From: a virus
Direction: 5' to 3' (one strand)
IMG/VR virus record: IMGVR_UViG_3300044959_000131
Coordinates: 1 to 64,000 of that record
Length of the DNA: 64,000 bases
The position numbers were made by a program, and so were the translations under genes. This document shows positions 33,535 through 42,207 of the stretch, one piece after another. Below the pieces are notes generated by a model, which had not been told where the DNA came from, ran no database searches, and was given only the letters and a program-made list of their open reading frames with translations. Numbering within the stretch: position 1 is the first letter of the stretch; each line of letters begins with the position of its first letter.

Positions 33535-36500
33535 GTGGCTTCTGGAGTCGGTAGACCTTTAAAGCTGCGTCTTTTCCTGGAGGGCCAGGAAGTCCCAGTC
33601 ATTGCTGCGAACGTCAGCATTGGTGTTAACCAACCTGCTGCGGCTTCGATTCAAATCGTCCCTCTTGACTCCGGCATGGAATTCAAGCCGAGGACGATGG
33701 TCCATCTGTTCTACTTGGACAGCGTATCGCTGCTTGAAAAAGAGATACAGTCGGCCCGTGAGGTCGGTATAGACCCGAACGAAACCAATCTCAGGTACAA
33801 GCTTCTCTTCGCCGGAGAGATAATCGGATTCGCGTTCGCCCAGACACCCATATCCAGAAGTCTGGTGCTTCAGTGCTTGGACTTCTCAAGCTACTGGGAC
33901 TCATGCCATGCGACAGCAATAGAGTACGGGCCTGGTGGAAACGCATTCCACAATCTGTCGTCCGTCTATGCTTCGAACGCATCTCTTTTTGACGATATCG
34001 TCAATTTCCAATCAGAGAGATTGGTCTCGTGGCTCAGAACAAAACCAAAAACACCCGGTCTCCAGACCGTTTCGGGTCTAGCTGGAGGAATCATATCCAT
34101 CCTTGAAGCGATGGGAGGTGTCCCGAATCACTTCAAGGGCGTGAACGACTTCTTTACGTTTGCCGAACTTCGGTGCCGTCTACTCGCTCAAATTACCGCC
34201 GAAGAGAATGATAGCACGGCGAGCAATCTGATTTCAGTAAAAGTCTTTGATGAGTGGCTACGTAATGGCCTTCAGAATATTGGCCAGCAAGTCACATTCA
34301 GAGACATGATCAATCTACTCTGCAGGTACATCTACTACGACTTCGTACCGAATCCAGCAGCGAAGTATGATCGTAGCATCGATGGAACGACAGAGAAGAC
34401 GACAACAACATCGAATCTAAACCAGCACCCAGTTGTCCGTTCTGCCAAATCTGACCTTGAGAACATCAATATCAACGTTAGCGCAGCGTTGAGCTATGAC
34501 ACTGTAGATAATGCTGGTGCAATAGCGAATACAGCCCGTATTAACTCAGACGCTTTGGGCGCTGTAAACAACAAGCTGAGAACAGTTGGTCAAGCGGCAA
34601 AAGACATCATCTCCAGCATTGAGTCCGCTAAAATAAAGTTGCAGCTCCTAGCTAATGATATCGTTAAAGAAGGAAAGAGAGGAGCTGATCTGAAGACATC
34701 GTTACAAAAAGCTCTAGAGGACATCGGAGACGCGATACTCAAAATTGATGGAAGCACTACCAAGATAACATTCACATCTGGAGTTCGCTCTTCGGTAACG
34801 ACCTCCAGATTGCGATCTCAAATCTTCAGGCCTGATTGCTTCTTCGCTCCAGCTCCGCGTTGTAACGTCATCTTTCCGGAGCACTACGTCCACGTTGCAT
34901 TCGATAGGAATTACCTGTCGGAGGTGACACGCTCACTGACGATGGGATACCTCACTATTGTCGGTAAAGACCCACTCTTGGCCACTGACAAAGTGATGGC
35001 CCCGAACATCGGGCTCGATATGGAAAAAATTCAGAAGCAGACCGGAGCTTCTGGATATCGAATCCTCATGCCACATGAGAGGCATACGGGTATCATTCCA
35101 AGAACTGAATGGCTAGCAAATACGGCAACTTTCAATCACAGCACCGACAGCAACAAGTCTAAGTTACGTGGCGCCAGGTTGAGCTGGATGAACCGTGCCG
35201 CCCTGTTTCACTTCTTCAAGTACAGGTTCGGACCGAGGCGTGTCACTCTAGCTGGAAGGTTCAATCCGTATGTCGTCTGTGGATTCCCGGCTGTCATCAT
35301 CCTCAAACCATTCATCCCAGACGCCGCCAAGCTTCGAGAAGCCTTGAAGCTCAAGGAAGACGAGCCAATCGACGCGACGAGCAAGAAGGTCTTGAACGTT
35401 GTTCAGTCAAACGGAACAGCTGGTGTCTCTCTCGGAGCTCCGTTCCAGCTTATTGGAATGATAGGTAGCGTGACGCATTCTATCGATCAGCGTGGAGGGA
35501 CGACAAGCCTTTCGATGCACCACGTTCGTAGGCATCTTGGCTCAGACGACGAGTTCGTTGGCGTCTTCTCCGAGCAGCTTGAAAAAGCCAAGTCCCGCAT
35601 TCGTATACCTATAACGGCAGATGCCGCGTTCAATCAATCAAATGCAAGAGACCGAGACAGCCTGACGAAAGTTCTCGTCGGAGTCACCCCTCAGAACGGG
35701 GTCAAGACAACGGTCTCTTCGACGGTAAAAGGGAAGAATGAACGTTCAATCAGTTTTGTTAGGTACACTGTGGACCCTCAGTCCAAGAAGGTCGTCACAG
35801 AGGTTCTGACAAAGACAATCTCTCAAGGAAAAGAAACGACCAAGACAGTCCAAAGAGACCCAGTCAATCCACATGGCCGGATTGATGGTCTAAGCAGAGA
35901 AGTTCAGATTCCAGACCCTCCTGGATCGATTACGACTGGTTCGAAGGCGGTTTTTGGAGCGAGAGGGAAAGTTCTCGGTGTCGAGGTCGTAGATCCGACA
36001 CTTGTAACGGTTCCATCTGGTACTTTCAAAGGAAAGAAGGTCTTTCGGTCCGTCATCATTCATGAGGAAATTGAGGTAACCGTAAAGGACCTTGCTCCGG
36101 TAGAGGAGATCATTCGACCAACTTGGTTCTCTCCAAACTACGCAAACTCGAAGATCGGGCAGAACATCTACATGCCGTTCTTCGGAACGACCTCTATCAT
36201 CGACGAGCTGAAGTTTACAGGTCTTGTGCAGGGTGGATTGAATAACGTCGATGATGTCGAAGGAACCGTCTACGACCCGAATACGCCATTTGAGAAGATT
36301 CAGCAAGTAGAGATAGAAAAGCACAAGATCAGGACGCAGCTCTCCATAGAGAAGGCTGTCAACATACTTGCGTACTTTTACGGTCTGGTTCGGAGCGGCC
36401 GAAATGACATCGACCAATTCATCCGTGAGTACACCCAACGTCCGATCGCTACGATGATCGACATCTTTGGTACGCCAGACTTGGAAATCACGTACAATTC

Positions 36501-36744
36501 AAAGGGAGCCCCAACAATCACGAAGGGGAAGCCTGGATTCCACAGTCTTGCTGTAGATCGGCTGGCTATCGAGAAAGGTAACCTCGCAGGACTTTTGGAA
36601 GACCCAGACAAGCATCTACCCAGAATCAATGGGACTGGTAAAAAAGAGCCAATCTCTCCCGTGTACGACGTTCGAAAGGAGAAGCTTGAGATGGTCGACA
36701 AGTACGTACTTGAGCTCAAGAAGGGTCCAGGATTGCGTGGATAA
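33535..36744 (+). CDS. putative baseplate hub protein
   Basis: 1069 aa; beta-rich N-terminus LFLEGQEVPVIAANVSIG; position; AAGGAG SD. Confidence 0.5.
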   Translation: MASGVGRPLKLRLFLEGQEVPVIAANVSIGVNQPAAASIQIVPLDSGMEFKPRTMVHLFYLDSVSLLEKEIQSAREVGIDPNETNLRYKLLFAGEIIGFAFAQTPISRSLVLQCLDFSSYWDSCHATAIEYGPGGNAFHNLSSVYASNASLFDDIVNFQSERLVSWLRTKPKTPGLQTVSGLAGGIISILEAMGGVPNHFKGVNDFFTFAELRCRLLAQITAEENDSTASNLISVKVFDEWLRNGLQNIGQQVTFRDMINLLCRYIYYDFVPNPAAKYDRSIDGTTEKTTTTSNLNQHPVVRSAKSDLENININVSAALSYDTVDNAGAIANTARINSDALGAVNNKLRTVGQAAKDIISSIESAKIKLQLLANDIVKEGKRGADLKTSLQKALEDIGDAILKIDGSTTKITFTSGVRSSVTTSRLRSQIFRPDCFFAPAPRCNVIFPEHYVHVAFDRNYLSEVTRSLTMGYLTIVGKDPLLATDKVMAPNIGLDMEKIQKQTGASGYRILMPHERHTGIIPRTEWLANTATFNHSTDSNKSKLRGARLSWMNRAALFHFFKYRFGPRRVTLAGRFNPYVVCGFPAVIILKPFIPDAAKLREALKLKEDEPIDATSKKVLNVVQSNGTAGVSLGAPFQLIGMIGSVTHSIDQRGGTTSLSMHHVRRHLGSDDEFVGVFSEQLEKAKSRIRIPITADAAFNQSNARDRDSLTKVLVGVTPQNGVKTTVSSTVKGKNERSISFVRYTVDPQSKKVVTEVLTKTISQGKETTKTVQRDPVNPHGRIDGLSREVQIPDPPGSITTGSKAVFGARGKVLGVEVVDPTLVTVPSGTFKGKKVFRSVIIHEEIEVTVKDLAPVEEIIRPTWFSPNYANSKIGQNIYMPFFGTTSIIDELKFTGLVQGGLNNVDDVEGTVYDPNTPFEKIQQVEIEKHKIRTQLSIEKAVNILAYFYGLVRSGRNDIDQFIREYTQRPIATMIDIFGTPDLEITYNSKGAPTITKGKPGFHSLAVDRLAIEKGNLAGLLEDPDKHLPRINGTGKKEPISPVYDVRKEKLEMVDKYVLELKKGPGLRG

Positions 36745-36814
36745 GTGTCGTTGGCACGCGGATGAATAACGTGTACAGTTGTACCGCTGCTAAACTCTCA
36801 AAAAGGAGAAGGAA

Positions 36815-37138
36815 ATGGATTACTTCTCGGCAATGAAAGCTGGTTTCGAGGATGAGCTCTTAAGCATCTGCCGGATGACGAAGTATGCCGGATTTCTAAG
36901 ATCCGGTCGTCGCCCATTCAAGGCAACGACCCTCTTGCACAAGAGCATCCAACCGCCGAAACCCAAGCTTGCTACAATGGTAAAGCTCTCGTCTGAAGCG
37001 CCAAAGGGATTTCTGAGACGTCATGGGAAGTCGATTGGCCTTCTCGGCTTAGGAATGCTCGCCATGGACCAAGTACAGAAGGCCAAGAGAGATTGGGAAC
37101 TTGGACGTGCTATCAGGCTTCAACAACAGGGTTCGTAA
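36815..37138 (+). CDS. hypothetical protein (F.DEL motif family)
   Basis: AAGGAG SD; GFEDELLSI; C-terminal hydrophobic segment. Confidence 0.7.
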   Translation: MDYFSAMKAGFEDELLSICRMTKYAGFLRSGRRPFKATTLLHKSIQPPKPKLATMVKLSSEAPKGFLRRHGKSIGLLGLGMLAMDQVQKAKRDWELGRAIRLQQQGS

Positions 37139-37141
37139 TAC

Positions 37142-37624
37142 ATGGACTGGGAATCCATCATGAGTTCGTTCTCGGACGAACTCGAAAAGATCGCCTCTGA
37201 GTTAAAGAAAAAAAAGCCTCTTCATGAGAAAATTGTCGAAGTCGGTGCTCCTGTACTTGTAGGTTCTGGCGTCGGAAGGACTCTCAGCGAACTATCGTTC
37301 TCGAAGACTCATGGGGCCTCTCCAAGAAGGAAAACAATCGGCACCATTCTTGGTGCTCTTGGAGGTCTGGGATGGAATAGGCTTAAGGCCGAAAAGAAGC
37401 GTAGAAAGCGTTTAGAAAGACGTTTACGTGTATCGATGAAGCATCATCCGGTAGCGACTACAGCAGTGACTCCGCCTCAACCAACATCACAGATCAAGAC
37501 TGCTGCCGACCTGTTCAAATTCAAAGGAGTGGCCACGCCGAGATTCCTCAGCAAACCTGGAAAAAGCATTAGTAGCCAAGTACCAAAGATTGGGCGTCTA
37601 GGGACTCTTCCGAAGATGCCATAG
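37142..37624 (+). CDS. hypothetical protein (FSDELEKIA motif family)
   Basis: SFSDELEKIA; glycine-zipper-like segments. Confidence 0.75.
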   Translation: MDWESIMSSFSDELEKIASELKKKKPLHEKIVEVGAPVLVGSGVGRTLSELSFSKTHGASPRRKTIGTILGALGGLGWNRLKAEKKRRKRLERRLRVSMKHHPVATTAVTPPQPTSQIKTAADLFKFKGVATPRFLSKPGKSISSQVPKIGRLGTLPKMP

Positions 37625-37632
37625 GAGAAACG

Positions 37633-38070
37633 ATGAGCAAGAATAAAGAAGCGGTTGGGAATCTTGGTGAGGAGGAGCTAAACTTCCTCAGGCTCGTTCG
37701 TCAATCGAGGCAGGATACTCGACGCGATGCCGACGCTCTATTCAAGACCGCACCACAAAACAGAGAGCGTGACATCAAGCTGATGAATAAGCTCTTTGTC
37801 CAAGCACCAGGCGCAATAACGATGGCCGACAACCTACTGAAGAATGCCTCGGCCGAGGAGTTCGAGAAGTTTGAGAAGATGAAGATTGCATATAACGTTT
37901 ATGCTTTCTTCGATGGTGGATTTCACTATTCACCAGCACAACGTCGTTACCCAGAACTCTTGAAAGTCGCAAAGAGCAGACCGGCAGTCGTAATGAAGAA
38001 AACTCCAGATCCAGAAACCAAAACTGGAAATACATCTGGAGGCAGGACTCTTTCCGGTGCTATCGACTAA
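37633..38070 (+). CDS. hypothetical protein
   Basis: AGGAG SD; 145 aa. Confidence 0.7.
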   Translation: MSKNKEAVGNLGEEELNFLRLVRQSRQDTRRDADALFKTAPQNRERDIKLMNKLFVQAPGAITMADNLLKNASAEEFEKFEKMKIAYNVYAFFDGGFHYSPAQRRYPELLKVAKSRPAVVMKKTPDPETKTGNTSGGRTLSGAID

Positions 38071-38073
38071 GAA

Positions 38074-39039
38074 ATGCAACTTTCCTCCGACAGACTCGGA
38101 GCTCTCGAATGGGCGTTGCAGAAGCTTTCGGCTAAGAAAGCTGGAACAAAGAAGAATCAGCCTCCAATCGGCATCCCAAAGGCAGAAGTTCTAAAGCCAG
38201 CCGAGGTGACTTTCTTCCCAGCCAAGCCAAAGGCGCCGAAAGCTCCAGCAGCAGTTACTCCTCTAATTACTGCTGCACCATCGCCAATCGTTTCTACTTC
38301 GACGCCTGCTCAGAAGAAAAAAGAGCTCGGATCGAAGAAGAAGAGCGAGCTTGAGCTGTGGGAGAAGTGGAATAGCGGTGGACGGAAGCCACAAGACCTA
38401 GACCCTCTACTCAAGTCTCTGCAACCGCTCATTGAAAATCGAGCCCGAATCTACAAGAACAACGTCGAGATTCCAAACGCGGCGATAGACTTCGAGCACA
38501 AGAGACTCGCCGTCGAGGCCCTTCAGAAGTACGACCCTTCAAAAGGCGCTTCTCTTGGAACATGGGTCTCGAACTACTTGAAGAAGGCAAGTCGATTCAT
38601 TCAAACCAACCAGAACTTTGCTCGAATTACTGAGCCCATTGCCGCAAAGATCGGAAAGTTCAACGCAGCTCGTGCCGAACTTACAGAGCGCCTAGGATTC
38701 GAACCGGATGCGCAGACGTTGGCCGAGGAGACCGGGTTCTCATTGAAGGAGATCAAGCGTCTGACCAAAGAACAGAGGAAAGGACTTGTTTCATCAGGTA
38801 TTACAGGAACAGAAGTAAGCCCTGCCCATTTACTCTCCTCACGCGAACAGGAAGTCATACACCTTATCTACCACCAGCTCACTCCTGAAGAGAGAGTCGT
38901 TCACGAGTACACTTTTGGGTTGATGGGTAAGCCGGCTCTAAAGCCGGGACAAATTGCTAAACAGCTCAAGATGGACAGCTCGAAGGTGGCCAAGATTCGG
39001 ACCTCCATCTTCAACAAGATGAAGCCTTACTTGGAGTAG
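38074..39039 (+). CDS. sigma-70-family RNA polymerase sigma factor
   Basis: Region 2 EALQKYDPSKGASLGTW; region 3 LTERLGFEPDAQTLAEETG; region 4 LTPEERVV...QIAKQL...VAKI. Confidence 0.85.
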   Translation: MQLSSDRLGALEWALQKLSAKKAGTKKNQPPIGIPKAEVLKPAEVTFFPAKPKAPKAPAAVTPLITAAPSPIVSTSTPAQKKKELGSKKKSELELWEKWNSGGRKPQDLDPLLKSLQPLIENRARIYKNNVEIPNAAIDFEHKRLAVEALQKYDPSKGASLGTWVSNYLKKASRFIQTNQNFARITEPIAAKIGKFNAARAELTERLGFEPDAQTLAEETGFSLKEIKRLTKEQRKGLVSSGITGTEVSPAHLLSSREQEVIHLIYHQLTPEERVVHEYTFGLMGKPALKPGQIAKQLKMDSSKVAKIRTSIFNKMKPYLE

Positions 39040-39043
39040 CTCG

Positions 39044-39253
39044 ATGGCAGATAGACTATCGAGGCTCAAAGAGCTCGAAAATGCTGCCAAGGAATACATC
39101 AAGGCAGAGCGTAAGAGGGTAGAGAACGAGGTAAAGTCACTGCAGGACATTCTAGATGGCCGTACCGGTGGAGCTGGAATTCAGGCCATAAGCGTGAATA
39201 TCGTGGCGGCGGTCGCCAAAAAGGACCTTGAGGAGTATCTGAAGGGGAAGTAA
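39044..39253 (+). CDS. hypothetical protein
   Basis: GGAG SD; coiled-coil. Confidence 0.65.
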   Translation: MADRLSRLKELENAAKEYIKAERKRVENEVKSLQDILDGRTGGAGIQAISVNIVAAVAKKDLEEYLKGK

Positions 39254-39257
39254 GTAA

Positions 39258-39551
39258 ATGGAAGACTTGGCTCAGCTCGTCATAAAAACGTACGGAATAG
39301 CTGGGCTCATAATGATTAGCCCGTTCATAGCTGTTGTGTTCCTCTGGAGACACTGTGTCTCTCAAGCTAAGGAACAGGCGGCTGAAATTTCACGTATCAA
39401 CGAACAGCGCGTGGCTGAGCTCAAGGCTACGACTGAAAAGCTCGTCGCGTTGATTAGTGAGCAAAGCGCCTTGAATAAAGAAACGAACATGGCTCTTGAG
39501 AGAGTCGGTGATGTACTGTTGCATCTTCCGAGTATCAACCAGAAGCGGTAG
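39258..39551 (+). CDS. holin-like membrane protein
   Basis: One TM segment (YGIAGLIMISPFIAVVFLW) followed by a coiled coil. Confidence 0.4.
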   Translation: MEDLAQLVIKTYGIAGLIMISPFIAVVFLWRHCVSQAKEQAAEISRINEQRVAELKATTEKLVALISEQSALNKETNMALERVGDVLLHLPSINQKR

Positions 39552-39562
39552 CCGGAGGTTCC

Positions 39563-39790
39563 ATGTTATTTCGAAGGAAGAAGAGAATCGAGCCAGAAGA
39601 ACAGAAAGCTCTTGCTGAAACTTTTTCCGAGATCGGTGACGTGGAATCGCCGACTGGCGTATTCAAGATTGCAATGAACCGCTTAGACGATGCAATTAAG
39701 CAGAAGAAGAAAGTCATCGCCTCGGTAAGAGACATCACCAAAAAGCTTGCTGACAGTGTTCCTCAGACAACTAGCAAGGCGCGAACCTAA
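39563..39790 (+). CDS. hypothetical protein
   Basis: GGAGG SD. Confidence 0.6.
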   Translation: MLFRRKKRIEPEEQKALAETFSEIGDVESPTGVFKIAMNRLDDAIKQKKKVIASVRDITKKLADSVPQTTSKART

Positions 39791-39828
39791 TTTGATCCGT
39801 CTGTAACCTGTGACTGTAGAGAGACCAA

Positions 39829-40761
39829 ATGGTTGTCCAGTTCTCGATTTTGGTTGCGAATAATGACGACCTGATTGGTCTTGGCTACACGACCATCGAA
39901 ATTTGGCAGTCGGTTGACCATGGAAATTCCTACCAAGAAATTACTGCTCCGACTCCACAATCTGCATACGTGGATTCCTTACAGGCTCAGACGACATTTC
40001 AGATGGGAGGTCGTCTGTTAAAGGTCATCGTCAATGGTGGTTCTGAGCAATCAATACCGTTCAGCCATCTGACTCAACATTGGACCCCTCAGCAGGTTGT
40101 TGATCGAATAAACGAAGTTGTCCCTGGTCTCGCTTCACTCGCCTCTCCGAACGTCGTACGGTTATCGTCTCCAACGACTGGTAGAGCATCGAGTATCGGA
40201 GTTACGTACTGCGATGCTTACGACCTGTTCCCAACAGGTCTCTCCTCATATGGTCGAGACGCAAGGATTGCCCTCGTTCCAGGGACGACAATCTATCAAT
40301 ACTCAGACGTCGCTGGATCTACATCCGCTCGATACAAATGGCGATTTACGGCGAATGGATCCAATCCAAAGTCGAACTTCTCGCCATACGTTTTCGGATC
40401 CACAGCTCCGCTTGTAAACCCAGCGAATCTGTCTGTATGTCATGCCAAGTTTGTCGGCTTGGATGGAAAGCCAGTCAAGACGAAACTGGTCATTGTGAGT
40501 GAGCAGAATCCGTCGTCGACAGGCAACCTTATCGTAACTAGCACCGCGCCACTTCAACTCGAGTCAGACGATCTCGGATTCATCCAGTTCAGCTTGGTGC
40601 GTGGGACTCGAGTCAAGGTAGCTATTGAGGGTACTTCATTCGTTCGGGAATTCACTGTACCAGATGCCGCATCTTTCGATCTCCTTGCGGCGATGGCATC
40701 GGCTCCAGACCCATTTACGGTTCAGACGGTCCCACCGTTCCTTATTCGGAGGAGCGTCTAA
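39829..40761 (+). CDS. putative virion structural protein
   Basis: 310 aa, beta-rich, S/T/P-rich. Confidence 0.55.
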   Translation: MVVQFSILVANNDDLIGLGYTTIEIWQSVDHGNSYQEITAPTPQSAYVDSLQAQTTFQMGGRLLKVIVNGGSEQSIPFSHLTQHWTPQQVVDRINEVVPGLASLASPNVVRLSSPTTGRASSIGVTYCDAYDLFPTGLSSYGRDARIALVPGTTIYQYSDVAGSTSARYKWRFTANGSNPKSNFSPYVFGSTAPLVNPANLSVCHAKFVGLDGKPVKTKLVIVSEQNPSSTGNLIVTSTAPLQLESDDLGFIQFSLVRGTRVKVAIEGTSFVREFTVPDAASFDLLAAMASAPDPFTVQTVPPFLIRRSV

Positions 40762-41784
40762 ATGGCTGTCGCCGTCAACGTCTTCGTAAAAGATACCAAC
40801 GTCCCTCCGCAGCCCATACCTGGGGTTGTAGTCAACGTCTATGACGCATCGACTTTGACATTTGTTACGAGCGGAACGACAGACGCACTCGGAAAAGCCT
40901 CTTTCCTCCTACCAGGATCGCCTGCACCCGGAACAAGCTACGAACTTCGTTTTTTCAAGTCTGGGGTCGTCTTCCAGAATCCAAAGTTGATCGCCGTTCT
41001 TGAACCAGTAGCCCCACCGAACACAAATGACTTCGATGTTTCTGGAACCGTTGTCAATCTGCCAATCGCAACGGACCCAAGGATGTGTCGTTGCACTGGC
41101 CAATTTGTAAACTTCGGTGGGCAACCGGTTCGAAACACACTCGTCAAGGTGAGTTCGATACTTGGGGCTGGAAACCTTACGAAGCCACCTGACAAGCCAA
41201 TTGTACCTTGGCTTCAGGTCCCACCTCCGTCTCCTCCAAATATTCTTACCGGATTTCAAGTCCCGAAAGTCGTCGACGGAAAGATGGTCTCTGTATCGAC
41301 GATGGAGTACAGGACAGATGATAATGGGAAAGTCACATTCGATCTCATTCGTAATGGACAGTACTACGTTACGTTCGCTGGTGAAGAGGACCACATCTGG
41401 CCTATAGTTGTCCCGGACCGACCTTCGGCCAATCTCATCGATCTCATTCACCCAGAGCCAAAAACCCTTACCTGGGATCCAGTCGACGCTCCAGGAGATT
41501 CAGTCTCGTTATCTGTCGGTCAAACTAAGAGCGTCAAGTTCTCAGTTCTTTTCTCGAACTTCATTTCGTACTCCGCACACCTGTCTCACATCATCCAATT
41601 CACTAACTCCGACGGTAACAAGGCTGATGTTTTCTACGATTCCGGTAACGGGGTCTTGAAAATCACTGGGAAGTCAGTAGGAGCTCTAAACGTCACAGTC
41701 TCTGTACTTCCAAACCTTACTCCTGTAAGAGTCCCGCCATATTCTATTACATCAGCCCCTCTCTCGGTAACTGTCACTCCATAA
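40762..41784 (+). CDS. putative virion structural protein with Ig-like/transthyretin-like domains
   Basis: PIPGVVVNVYD...SGTTDALGKASF; TDDNGKVTFDL; C-terminal Ig-like strands. Confidence 0.55.
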   Translation: MAVAVNVFVKDTNVPPQPIPGVVVNVYDASTLTFVTSGTTDALGKASFLLPGSPAPGTSYELRFFKSGVVFQNPKLIAVLEPVAPPNTNDFDVSGTVVNLPIATDPRMCRCTGQFVNFGGQPVRNTLVKVSSILGAGNLTKPPDKPIVPWLQVPPPSPPNILTGFQVPKVVDGKMVSVSTMEYRTDDNGKVTFDLIRNGQYYVTFAGEEDHIWPIVVPDRPSANLIDLIHPEPKTLTWDPVDAPGDSVSLSVGQTKSVKFSVLFSNFISYSAHLSHIIQFTNSDGNKADVFYDSGNGVLKITGKSVGALNVTVSVLPNLTPVRVPPYSITSAPLSVTVTP

Positions 41785-41793
41785 GGTCGTATC

Positions 41794-42180
41794 ATGATAG
41801 AGACGTGGACTCCGCCTCAAGATGAGTTCGCTGGGACAGTATCTACAGGAAACAGAACCGTTGAGAGGTACGCTGGCTATAAGGCGCTTTGGATGAGAGT
41901 TATCATCCGAGCAGCTTTCGACTTGGCCTCATACAAAGACGACCGTCGAGTGGCGTTGCGAAAGTACGCCGAAAGCGCCCACAAATGGCTGTTCGAAAAG
42001 AGCCTGCTGTTCAACTCGTTTGAGAATATCTGTGCGATGCTAGGCATCGAGCCAGATCCTATTCGGGAGTGGGCCTCGACATTGACCAAAGAAGATGTTC
42101 AGAAGATGGAGCATCTAGAGAGAGGCGGGGTCAGGGACGTGGTCAAAGACGTGAGGCTTATGCTATCGAGGCGAAGTTGA
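41794..42180 (+). CDS. conserved phage hypothetical protein
   Basis: LWMRVIIRAAFD...AHKWLF...SFENICAMLGIEP. Confidence 0.7.
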   Translation: MIETWTPPQDEFAGTVSTGNRTVERYAGYKALWMRVIIRAAFDLASYKDDRRVALRKYAESAHKWLFEKSLLFNSFENICAMLGIEPDPIREWASTLTKEDVQKMEHLERGGVRDVVKDVRLMLSRRS

Positions 42181-42207
42181 GAGCGAACATGTCGAGGATC
42201 GAAAACA

